In this document: piece after piece, positions 20,982-28,605 of the stretch
Layout: every line of letters begins with the position of its first letter
Position numbering within the stretch: the first letter of the stretch is position 1
Assembly (NCBI GenBank): GCA_963793425.1
Contig: CAWCAG010000007.1
Location: forward strand, 160,001-224,000
Length of the DNA stretch: 64,000 bases
From: an uncultured cyanobacterium
GTDB lineage: Bacteria > Cyanobacteriota > Cyanobacteriia > Cyanobacteriales > CAWCAG01
Direction of reading: 5' to 3'
Notes under the pieces: model-generated
The model's input: the letters and a program-made list of their open reading frames with translations, nothing else
Databases searched by the model: none
Told to the model about the DNA's origin: nothing
Translations under genes and position numbers: made by a program

Positions 20982-21261
20982 TATTGTTTCTCCTTCTGCA
21001 ATCTCTGACAAGCATTCTTTAGCAACCTAATTTTGGGTAATTTAAGCTATAGTACTGCTCACCATATTCTCTCTATCCTGCCTAATTTGCAACGATACTT
21101 TAAGTTTTATCCCAGAGACAAACTTTTTTCCCCGATTTCTCTAAAACAGCTATGTAAATGAGAATCATACAGTACATCGGGGTTGCTCTCAGGGAGTTTA
21201 ATGGTAAACTCTACTGTATTTAACTGTTACGATTCTTAAATTGATCAACCTATAGTACCTG

Positions 21262-21498
21262 ATGCATAATCCTTCTCTAACTCAAGAAACTCGTTACGAA
21301 CCAGCGAAAGTTATTCCTCTTAAGCAAGAAGTTTCCTTATTAGATTGGTTAGAAGCCAACGGGCGTTTAATAGCTAGGGATGATAACGCGGGGAAAGTTT
21401 TACCAGATAGCGATGAAGAAATATCTGATCTCATGGAAAACGATGACGCTGAGTTTGAGGATGACAGTGATGATGATGATGAAGACTTAGAAGATTAA
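21262..21498 (+). CDS. DUF3134 family protein
   Basis: NPSL...RYEPAKVIPL...SLLDWLE.NGRL with acidic tail; upstream of mraY. Confidence 0.8.
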   Translation: MHNPSLTQETRYEPAKVIPLKQEVSLLDWLEANGRLIARDDNAGKVLPDSDEEISDLMENDDAEFEDDSDDDDEDLED

Positions 21499-21620
21499 GC
21501 TACATCCTTATGTTGATGGTAGTTTAATCAGTTTTGTTCCAGAGTTTTGCTGGGCATCATAACCATGGTGTAAGTAAAAAAGAAAGTATTTAGATTTATT
21601 GGTGTTGAGTGAGTTAAGTT

Positions 21621-22715
21621 GTGGACGCTAAATTTTTTACAAGATCGCCTTTAAGGGTATCCGGAGCAAGTTTATTAGCTTTGCTAGCTTTTGTGTTAAC
21701 CCTGTTTGCAATTATTTTTGATTGGGCTGTTGCTCCTTACTTAGATGCGAGGATGTCCATGTTTGTGCCTTTAGGAATTTGTGCTTTAGTTAGCGCTGCT
21801 TTAGGCTACTGGGCAGTCCCTCTCTTACAAGACTTAAAAACAGGGCAAATTATTCGTGAAGATGGGCCTCAAGCTCATTTAAAAAAGGCAGGGACTCCAA
21901 CCATGGGAGGAGCATTTTTTATTCCTGTAGCAGTCTTATTTGCTTTAGTTTTATCTAGCTTTGATCCAGATGTAATTGCGGTTTCAGTAGTTACTTTGGC
22001 TTATGCTGCTATTGGTTGGGCAGATGATTGGCAGGTATTAAAACGTAAGTCGAATAAAGGCATTTCTCCCAAGATGAAACTAGCACTGCAAATTGCTTGC
22101 GCTGTCTTGTTTTGCCTTTGGCTATCGGTAACAAGATCCCCTGAATTTACTAACTTAAAACTGCCTTTGGGTATAATCATCCCCCTGGGAGTGATGTTTT
22201 GGCCTTTAGCAGGATTTATTATTGTTGCTGAGAGTAATGCCACTAATTTAACCGACGGAGTAGATGGACTAGCCGCCGGGACAGGAGCGATCGCTTGCTT
22301 AGGATTAGGAGCTATGGTAGCTTCTAATTCTCCTAGCTTAGCAATTTTCTGTGTTTGCCTGAGCGGGGCTTGCCTGGGCTTTGTGGTACACAATCGCAAC
22401 CCCGCCACCGTTTTTATGGGTGACACTGGATCTTTGGCTTTAGGTGGTGCTTTAGCTGCTGTGGGCATCATTAGCCAAAGTATTTGGGGTTTATTTATTA
22501 TCAGTGGTATTTTCTTTATTGAATCTTTATCAGTAATTGCTCAAGTAGGCTACTACAAAGCAACTAAAGGCCCTGATGGCAAAGGGAAGCGTTTGTTGAG
22601 GATGGCTCCTTTGCATCATCATTTAGAATTGGGTGGCTGGCCTGAAACTAATATTGTTGGTGTCTTTTACTTAATCAGTGCCGGATTAGTTATGTTACCC
22701 CTTATGTTCTTTTAA
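21621..22715 (+). CDS. mraY: Phospho-N-acetylmuramoyl-pentapeptide transferase
   Basis: KAGTPTMGG, DD, NATNLTDGVDGLA, FMGDTGS, APLHHH. Confidence 0.97.
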   Translation: MDAKFFTRSPLRVSGASLLALLAFVLTLFAIIFDWAVAPYLDARMSMFVPLGICALVSAALGYWAVPLLQDLKTGQIIREDGPQAHLKKAGTPTMGGAFFIPVAVLFALVLSSFDPDVIAVSVVTLAYAAIGWADDWQVLKRKSNKGISPKMKLALQIACAVLFCLWLSVTRSPEFTNLKLPLGIIIPLGVMFWPLAGFIIVAESNATNLTDGVDGLAAGTGAIACLGLGAMVASNSPSLAIFCVCLSGACLGFVVHNRNPATVFMGDTGSLALGGALAAVGIISQSIWGLFIISGIFFIESLSVIAQVGYYKATKGPDGKGKRLLRMAPLHHHLELGGWPETNIVGVFYLISAGLVMLPLMFF

Positions 22716-22745
22716 AGTTATTAGATTGCGTCTGCATTAATTGAG

Positions 22746-22778
22746 AAAGAGGGAATTGGCTAGTCCAATTCCCTCTTT
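22746..22778 (+). terminator. Intrinsic terminator hairpin after mraY
   Basis: AAAGAGGGAATTGG-ctagt-CCAATTCCCTCTTT, perfect 14-bp stem followed by T-rich sequence. Confidence 0.8.
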
Positions 22779-23064
22779 GATTTTGTTGATTGTGGGTATC
22801 TTGTAAATAAGATATCCTCTGAAGTCTCAGGTTTTAGCAACTAGCGACTAGCAAAATGATTTGATTCCTCAATTGCTGGAGTGGCGAGGGTATTGCATAA
22901 TTTGTGTTATAATTATCTCAGTAAATAAAATTGAATTTGAACAAAAAAATATTTTTTCGGAGCGGGGTTGGGAACTTTCTTAAAATAGACATGGAAAGTA
23001 AACATCTATCTTGCCAAGTTTTAATAGAGATTATCTGGTAATTCATTAACGCCACGTTCCTATC

Positions 23065-23631
23065 ATGAAAAAAATCGCTCTTTTTGGCACTAGCGCCGAT
23101 CCTCCCACCGCAGGACACAATGCCATATTAAGATGGCTATCTCAACGTTACGATCTTGTGGCAGTTTGGGCTTCAGATAATCCTTTCAAATCTCATCAAA
23201 CCAGCCTAGAACATCGAGTCAAAATGTTAGAGGTACTGATTGATTCTTTAGAAGATAAGTATCATAACGTTAACCTGCATCAAAAGTTTAGCAACCGCAG
23301 AACCTTAGAAACGGTCAAACAAGCAAGACAAGTTTGGGGTGATTTACCTGAATTAACCCTAGTAATTGGCTCCGACTTACCGCCACAAATGTCCAGTTGG
23401 TATGGTATCAAAGAACTATTGCCACAAGTCCTACTTTTAGTTATTCCTCGCCCAGGCTATCCTATAAAAGAGCAAGATTTAGCTGCTTTAGATAACTTGG
23501 GAGGAAAATGTGCGATCGCCGACTTTCATCCCCCCTCAGTTTCTTCTACAGCTTATCGTGAATATCAAGATCCAAACGCAGTAATACCATCTGTTAAAGA
23601 TTATATTCAGCGAGAGCAATTGTATATATAG
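23065..23631 (+). CDS. nadD: Nicotinate-nucleotide adenylyltransferase
   Basis: FGTSADPPTAGH, GSDL, W.., SST..R. Confidence 0.92.
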   Translation: MKKIALFGTSADPPTAGHNAILRWLSQRYDLVAVWASDNPFKSHQTSLEHRVKMLEVLIDSLEDKYHNVNLHQKFSNRRTLETVKQARQVWGDLPELTLVIGSDLPPQMSSWYGIKELLPQVLLLVIPRPGYPIKEQDLAALDNLGGKCAIADFHPPSVSSTAYREYQDPNAVIPSVKDYIQREQLYI

Positions 23632-23770
23632 TAATGCTCATGGAAATTATCTCTGGTCAAAACCCTATAATCTGTACTAGTTGCTAATGGCTAATCGCTA
23701 ATTGTTGACATATAAATCATACACATTCAACTATTGTGGAAGTGATACAAAAGTAGAGTAAAAATTTGTC

Positions 23771-23813
23771 GATAAATGATAAATGTTAAATGTTAAATGA
23801 TAAATGACAAATG
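23771..23813. repeat. Heptamer tandem repeat (TGWTAAA)n supplying the nrtR start codon
   Basis: gataaat gataaat gttaaat gttaaat gataaATG. Confidence 0.75.
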
Positions 23814-24535
23814 GTACAAGCCCCGTAACTAAAAAGAATCTTGCTGATTTTAAAGTGGGAGTTGATAACGTGATTTTTTCTGTGGATGACAAGAAAAATC
23901 GCTTGTTAGTGCTATTAATTAAACGTCCTGATCAACCTTTTCAAAGTCAGTGGAGTTTACCAGGAACATTAGTTTGCCAAGGAGAGTCATTAGAGGATGC
24001 AGCACATCGCATTTTAGCTGAGAAAATTCGGGTCAATAATCTTTATTTAGAACAACTTTATACCTTTGGTGGCCCAGAAAGAGATCCTAGGGAATTTCCA
24101 ACTAGTTTTGGGGTACGCTATCTATCTGTTAGTTACTTTGCTTTAGTGCGTTTTGGTGAAGCAGAATTGATTAGTGATCATAGTTATAGTACAACTTGGT
24201 ATTCCCTCAAAGAAATTCCTCAATTAGCCTTTGATCATAACCAGATTCTTACCTACGGTTATGGACGTTTACGGAACAAGTTAGAGTATAGCCCCATCGC
24301 TTTTGATGTCTTACCAGAAGTGTTTACTTTAAATGATGTTTATCAGCTTTATTGTACAGTTTTAGGAGAAAACTTTTCTGATTATTCTAACTTTCGTTCC
24401 CGTTTATTAAAACTAGGTTTCTTATCAGATACAGGAATCAAAGTTTCTAGAGGGGCAGGTCGTCCTGCTAGTTTATATAGCTTTGATGCTAAAGCTTTTG
24501 CACCTTTGAAAGATAAGCCTTTAGTGTTTATTTGA
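23804..24535 (+). CDS. nrtR: Nudix-related transcriptional regulator (Nudix + winged helix)
   Basis: WSLPG..ESLE.AA.R.L, EQLYTF...RDPR, LAFDH, NFR..L, GRPA.LY. Confidence 0.9.
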   Translation: MTNGTSPVTKKNLADFKVGVDNVIFSVDDKKNRLLVLLIKRPDQPFQSQWSLPGTLVCQGESLEDAAHRILAEKIRVNNLYLEQLYTFGGPERDPREFPTSFGVRYLSVSYFALVRFGEAELISDHSYSTTWYSLKEIPQLAFDHNQILTYGYGRLRNKLEYSPIAFDVLPEVFTLNDVYQLYCTVLGENFSDYSNFRSRLLKLGFLSDTGIKVSRGAGRPASLYSFDAKAFAPLKDKPLVFI

Positions 24536-24561
24536 TTGCTAATTGCTAATTGCTAGTTGTT

Positions 24562-24738
24562 AATTCCAAGAGTCAATAAAGCTGAGTAAGATGAGATGGA
24601 TGAATACGTAGGTTAGGTAGAGCGATAGCGAAACCTCATACACTCGCTTTTGAATGCCAGCATCAATAAACGATGACGGCTGAATCATAAGTTTTGCATT
24701 CATCATTTACCTCTTATTCATAATTAGAGTGAGGAATT
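24562..24738. mobile_element. MITE-like element with an internal REP-like GTAG hairpin
   Basis: Imperfect IRs AATTCC..TGAGTAAGA..GATGAAT / ATTCATC..TCTTATTCA..GGAATT; internal GTAGGTTAGGTAGAGCGATAGCGAAACCT at 24608. Confidence 0.45.
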
Positions 24739-24834
24739 TCTTCAATTTTACCAATGTGCCTAAAGATTTGACTTCTTCCTTAACCTATAAGATAAGAAGT
24801 TCAAGTATGAATTACAAATAATTGGAGTTGCTAT

Positions 24835-25155
24835 ATGACCATAATTTACGAAGACGAAAACCTTATTTTTGATGATCTTGGTATCACTATTAAATGGTAC
24901 TACTTTCCTGTTGGTGAGAAAAAGATTCCCTACAATTCTATACGCAATGTAACAGAAAGAAATATGGCAATATTTTCAGGTAAAGGTCGTATTTGGGGTA
25001 TGGATTTAAGTCCAGAATGGTTTCACTTAGACCCTAAACGTCCTTTTAAAGATAAATGTCTAGTTATCGATATTGGAGAATGGATTAAACCAGCCATAAC
25101 CCCAGATAATTACAATATAGTTTGGCAGATTCTACAAGAGAAAGTTAACTTTTAG
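24835..25155 (+). CDS. Hypothetical protein (possibly bacterial PH-domain-like)
   Basis: GGAG RBS; YED, YYFP, IWGM, W..LD..R, ITP motifs. Confidence 0.65.
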   Translation: MTIIYEDENLIFDDLGITIKWYYFPVGEKKIPYNSIRNVTERNMAIFSGKGRIWGMDLSPEWFHLDPKRPFKDKCLVIDIGEWIKPAITPDNYNIVWQILQEKVNF

Positions 25156-25305
25156 AGAGTTGTTAAGTTGGGAAAAGAGGCAATTTACGGTGACTCATTT
25201 TTTCCTAACTTTTGTTTGATTTGGGTTGATTTGAAATACCCAATAGTTGCTGAAGATGTTGAGACTGGATGATAAACAGAATAGATTAAGTACTAGGCTT
25301 CTTGC

Positions 25306-25950
25306 TTACTTCTTATTACGCTTTGTTGCTGAAACAGCCCCAAAAGCACCAACTAGGGCTAAACCTAACATAGAAGCTGGTTCAGGAGTTTCTTTACTTG
25401 GAGGCTTAATTGATATTTCTCCAACAATTTTCTCTCCAACAGCTTTCTCAAACTCATCGCCGAAAGAACCAACCTCAAGAACAAAAGCATCCCTACCACT
25501 AGCATTTGTGCCGCCGATTATGTTATTTGTCAAGAAATCAATATCTGGTGCAGGAAAACCTGGTCTGGGTTGGACTGCGATCGCATTAATAACGTCAACA
25601 CCATTATTGAGGGCATTAGTTGCGGCTCGGCCTGCTGCTGATTCACTATCAGGATTTCCGTCTGTGGAAATGTCAATTGCAACTGAAGCTACCCCATCAT
25701 ATTGATTGGTGGAGAGGCTGTTTGTCGCTAAATCAATGGCTTCTGCTAAATCAGTACCAAGCCTAATTTGAGAGATTGGTTTAATTAGGGCAGCAAAAGT
25801 TTGGGAAGCGACAACACTATCAATAAGAGTGAAGGGAATCTCTTCTCTAGCACTAGAAGAAAATTGGATCAGGTTGACAGCAAACTGGCCTGTTCCCCCT
25901 TCATCTAGACTATTTTGCTCAAAATCATTAAACAAGTCTGGATCATAGAA
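25306..25950 (-). pseudogene. 5'-truncated vWA-like (DUF1194-type) PEP-CTERM protein
   Basis: C-terminal TPEPAS + TM + basic tail; AVNLIQFSS, IDISTDG, INAIAV; no signal peptide, and the apparent start lies inside xisI. Confidence 0.7.
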
Positions 25951-25972
25951 CTGAAAACTTTTATAACCGCTA

Positions 25973-26333
25973 CTAACCCACTGCAAAGTCAGTATATTGG
26001 CGAACATCAGGGGGATGAAAAGCTAGGACAATATTTTCTTTAGAAATACCTGCTTCTAAAAGTTCAGGAGTGATTCCATCTTCAAGTCCATCGCGATGAA
26101 GCCAAATTTTCTCACCACGAATTTCTGCATGAACGATAACCCCGTACATTCGCAAGCCCTTTTGCCACCCCTCATCCATTAGCAAAAAATGTTTATGATA
26201 AGCCTCTGGCATAGCTTACGCTTACGCGACTGACAATAACAAAGGTGGTTACATCTCCATAACGATAGGGAATCGCAGCATATTCTTGTAGAATACTTTC
26301 TATAATTTCGCCGTATCGATTGAAGGTATCCAT
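25973..26333 (-). pseudogene. xisI: XisI family protein, frameshifted by a 25-nt insertion (26200..26224)
   Basis: MDTFNRY...VIVSR | HKHFLLMDEGW...KIW...DG.E.GI...L...GI....IVLAF; removing the insert restores a 111-aa ORF. Confidence 0.88.
26200..26224 (-). mobile_element. 25-nt small dispersed insertion in a HIP1-like site (GCG^ATCAT)
   Basis: TAAGCGTAAGCTATGCCAGAGGCTT interrupts the codons CGC GAT CAT of xisI. Confidence 0.75.
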
Positions 26334-26677
26334 TTTAAAATCTCCTTAGTTGTAGCATCAAAGACAATCAAACGTAGTTCAGTAGTTTCCATAACCAGTT
26401 GACCAACTTCCTCTGAAAAGATTTCTTTGAAAACAGGAAGGTTTATAGCAAGGTAGAGAAGGCGATCAGGTTCTTGTTCTGCAAGAATTTTGGCGTAGAG
26501 AATAAACTGCCCCAAGGCATTTTCAAGATCGTTCATAGCAGAGGGGCCAAGAAAACTTTTAACCTCAACAGCTATTTTTTGTTCTCCTCGTTCGGCAGCA
26601 AGTAGCTTTTTTGCTCCTAAATCAATCATAACTGCACGACGACCAATTTTTAACCTCAATGGGTCATCTGTGATTTT
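26300..26677 (-). pseudogene. xisH: XisH family protein lacking its N-terminus
   Basis: KITDDPLRL..IDLGA...KIAVEVKSF...ALGQF..Y...R.LYLA; the upstream frame hits TAG at the IS junction. Confidence 0.85.
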
Positions 26678-26938
26678 CTACCACGAATATTTAGAGTTTT
26701 GAACAGGGATCTCATACTTACTTGCCCTTGGTCTAATACGAAACTAAGCCAGGTTGATACAAATAGGAATGTATTCAGGGCTGGATAATCGTCTTTGGGT
26801 AAGCCTCCCAGGTACTTTTTGACTATTTCAGGAAAGTTTGATACCATTTATTTAACTTTTTAAATTATTTTAGTTGCTTCCATTTTACCAATTTGGAAGC
26901 TCTTTTTTCCTTTTATTTACTATCACTCAACACTTCTG
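26678..26938 (-). mobile_element. IS4-family remnant: left end plus about the first 56 codons of the transposase (ORF 26656..26847)
   Basis: MVSNFPEIVKKYL..LPKDDYP.LN..LF...WL...LD....SMR.LFK.LN resembles cyanobacterial IS4-type transposase N-termini; end CAGAAGTGTTGA abuts the truncated upstream gene. Confidence 0.7.
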
Positions 26939-27336
26939 CTAAAAAAGTTAGCTAAGACCGCAGATTTTAATCTAAACCACCTTCCATTTTTGAATTTAAT
27001 ATAGGCTCTATGAATTCGCCATTCAATTAAGATAGAGGTAATAAAAGCAAACAATAAAATTACCAAGTTTGCTGATAAGTTTTTGAGATTAAAAGCTGAA
27101 TAGATAGGCAAGGCAGCTTGTAAAACTAGTCCTAATACAGCACTGACAATATTGGCTATTATACTAACGAGTAATGCTCTTGGTAAGCTGATTTTGGTTT
27201 TTACTACTTTGTGCAAGAAAAACCAAATAGTAATCCATTCCAGTAAGATAATGCCAATAAATATAAATAGCCCTGCCACTCTTCCGTGGAAAAGAAAAGT
27301 GGGAGCAATTACATTAGCAATGAATAATTGAGGCAT
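26923..27336 (-). pseudogene. Membrane protein paralogous to the N-half of 27395..28276, 3'-truncated by the IS
   Basis: ANV.APT, E, ANI.S, IE, LAN motifs shared; last residues RSVE* are encoded by the IS end. Confidence 0.7.
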
Positions 27337-27394
27337 TTTGTTTTATTAATTTACTACCAGAGTTAGAGTAGCTTTGCCAGAATGTTTTTAGTCT

Positions 27395-28276
27395 TTAATA
27401 AGGTAATGCTACTAGGGATGATGAACCAGACGGGCAGTTTATTTGCTTGTCTTTGAATTGAGGAGATTTAGGAGGGATTGTTGAAGCTCGCTCTGTTTTA
27501 CAAATTCCTGTCATAAATTCAGGTTCTTCTTTATCTTCGACTACAAAGACTACGCCTGTATAACTGTTAAGATTATCAGCTTTTCCTGCTGCTGTAATTG
27601 TCGTTTTTTCTGAGTTAGTATTAATTTTGAATTGATGGAATTGATTCTCAATACTGTTTTTAGTTTGGACTAGATTTTTATTAGAAGGGGCGTAAGATAG
27701 AGGAAGTTGAGGAAATTCTTTAAAGTTGGTAGCAAATTGTTTAGTTTTTCCATAAAACTCTTTTTGGTATCCCAAAGTGCTAAAAATAGTCGCCTTCGCT
27801 TCTCTCTCAGCTCGTTTAGGATTAAGCTGGGTGAATGAATCAACATTAGAACTAACAGGTAGCAAAACAAAGAGAAAAAGGGTGTAACTGGCTAGATTAG
27901 CTAGTAAAGATGCTATCCGTAATTTGCCTTTAGAAGGTTTGCTGTTTTTGCTTTTCAACAAGGGAAGGTAGACAATTCCTTCAATGAACCAAGTAAAGGC
28001 AAAAAGAAAAGGGAGAATCATCACAGCAGTAAGGGGACTGTTGGCAAAAGAATTATTAAAAGCGAAAGGAACACCAATAATTGAAGTGATAATATTAGCG
28101 ATAATTACTGTAATTAATAGTCTGGCAAGACCAATTTTAATTTTAAATAAATAATGAAACAATAACCATAAAACTAAGCATTCAAGGGGAATAATACTCA
28201 GGACAGCAAAGATATTTCCTGTCCTGGTAACAATAGTGGGGGCAGCAACATTGGCAAAAATAGTGACTATAGGCAT
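27395..28276 (-). CDS. Multi-TM membrane protein fused to a type IV pilin-like G/H domain
   Basis: 4-5 hydrophobic helices, then EAK...Q.EFY....QFA, LNSYTGVVFV, ICKT, CPSGS. Confidence 0.75.
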   Translation of the reverse strand: MPIVTIFANVAAPTIVTRTGNIFAVLSIIPLECLVLWLLFHYLFKIKIGLARLLITVIIANIITSIIGVPFAFNNSFANSPLTAVMILPFLFAFTWFIEGIVYLPLLKSKNSKPSKGKLRIASLLANLASYTLFLFVLLPVSSNVDSFTQLNPKRAEREAKATIFSTLGYQKEFYGKTKQFATNFKEFPQLPLSYAPSNKNLVQTKNSIENQFHQFKINTNSEKTTITAAGKADNLNSYTGVVFVVEDKEEPEFMTGICKTERASTIPPKSPQFKDKQINCPSGSSSLVALPY

Positions 28277-28336
28277 TGATAGATGACCCGAAAGAGTAGT
28301 GAACTTTATTCCTGGATTTATATAGCAGACAAGAAA

Positions 28337-28427
28337 GTAGGGTGGGTAAATGTTTTAGATAAGTTTAATCAACAATAATAGATGAATATTTGATGCTGAT
28401 TTTAGTTATTCATTTTGCCCACCCTAC
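28337..28427. repeat. REP-like inverted pair (REPIN-like)
   Basis: GTAGGGTGGGTAAA ... TTTGCCCACCCTAC. Confidence 0.65.
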
Positions 28428-28435
28428 TAGCTATA

Positions 28436-28562
28436 TATAGCAATTCTCAAGCTGAGTAGCGTACATTTGGTCTATTTCCATATTTCCACTAGCTACTAGC
28501 CACTAGCTGTTAGCAAAAAACCAGAATCTAGGCCGTACCTCACAAGTCTTAGAATCGCTATA
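28436..28562. mobile_element. MITE-like element with TATAGC termini
   Basis: TIR TATAGCAATTCT / AGAATCGCTATA (11 of 12 match), subterminal GTAC, internal CCACTAG repeats. Confidence 0.6.
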
Positions 28563-28605
28563 CTCTCCTTTCTACAGAAGAGCCAATTTTATCTGCAAAA
28601 TAGTA

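Noticed and set aside
22001..23118. ORFs 22001..22471 and 22918..23118
   Set aside because: Antisense to mraY or nadD; low-complexity translation
25247..25705. 152-aa plus-strand ORF
   Set aside because: Antisense shadow of the PEP-CTERM gene remnant
25951..26212. ORF-track starts at 26007 (233 aa) and 26212 (79 aa) as real genes
   Set aside because: The first start lies within xisI; the second ATG is inside the 25-nt insertion
25973..26677. xisHI as a functional fdxN-type excision element
   Set aside because: Both genes are broken and there is no xisF-like recombinase or interrupted nif/fdxN gene in view
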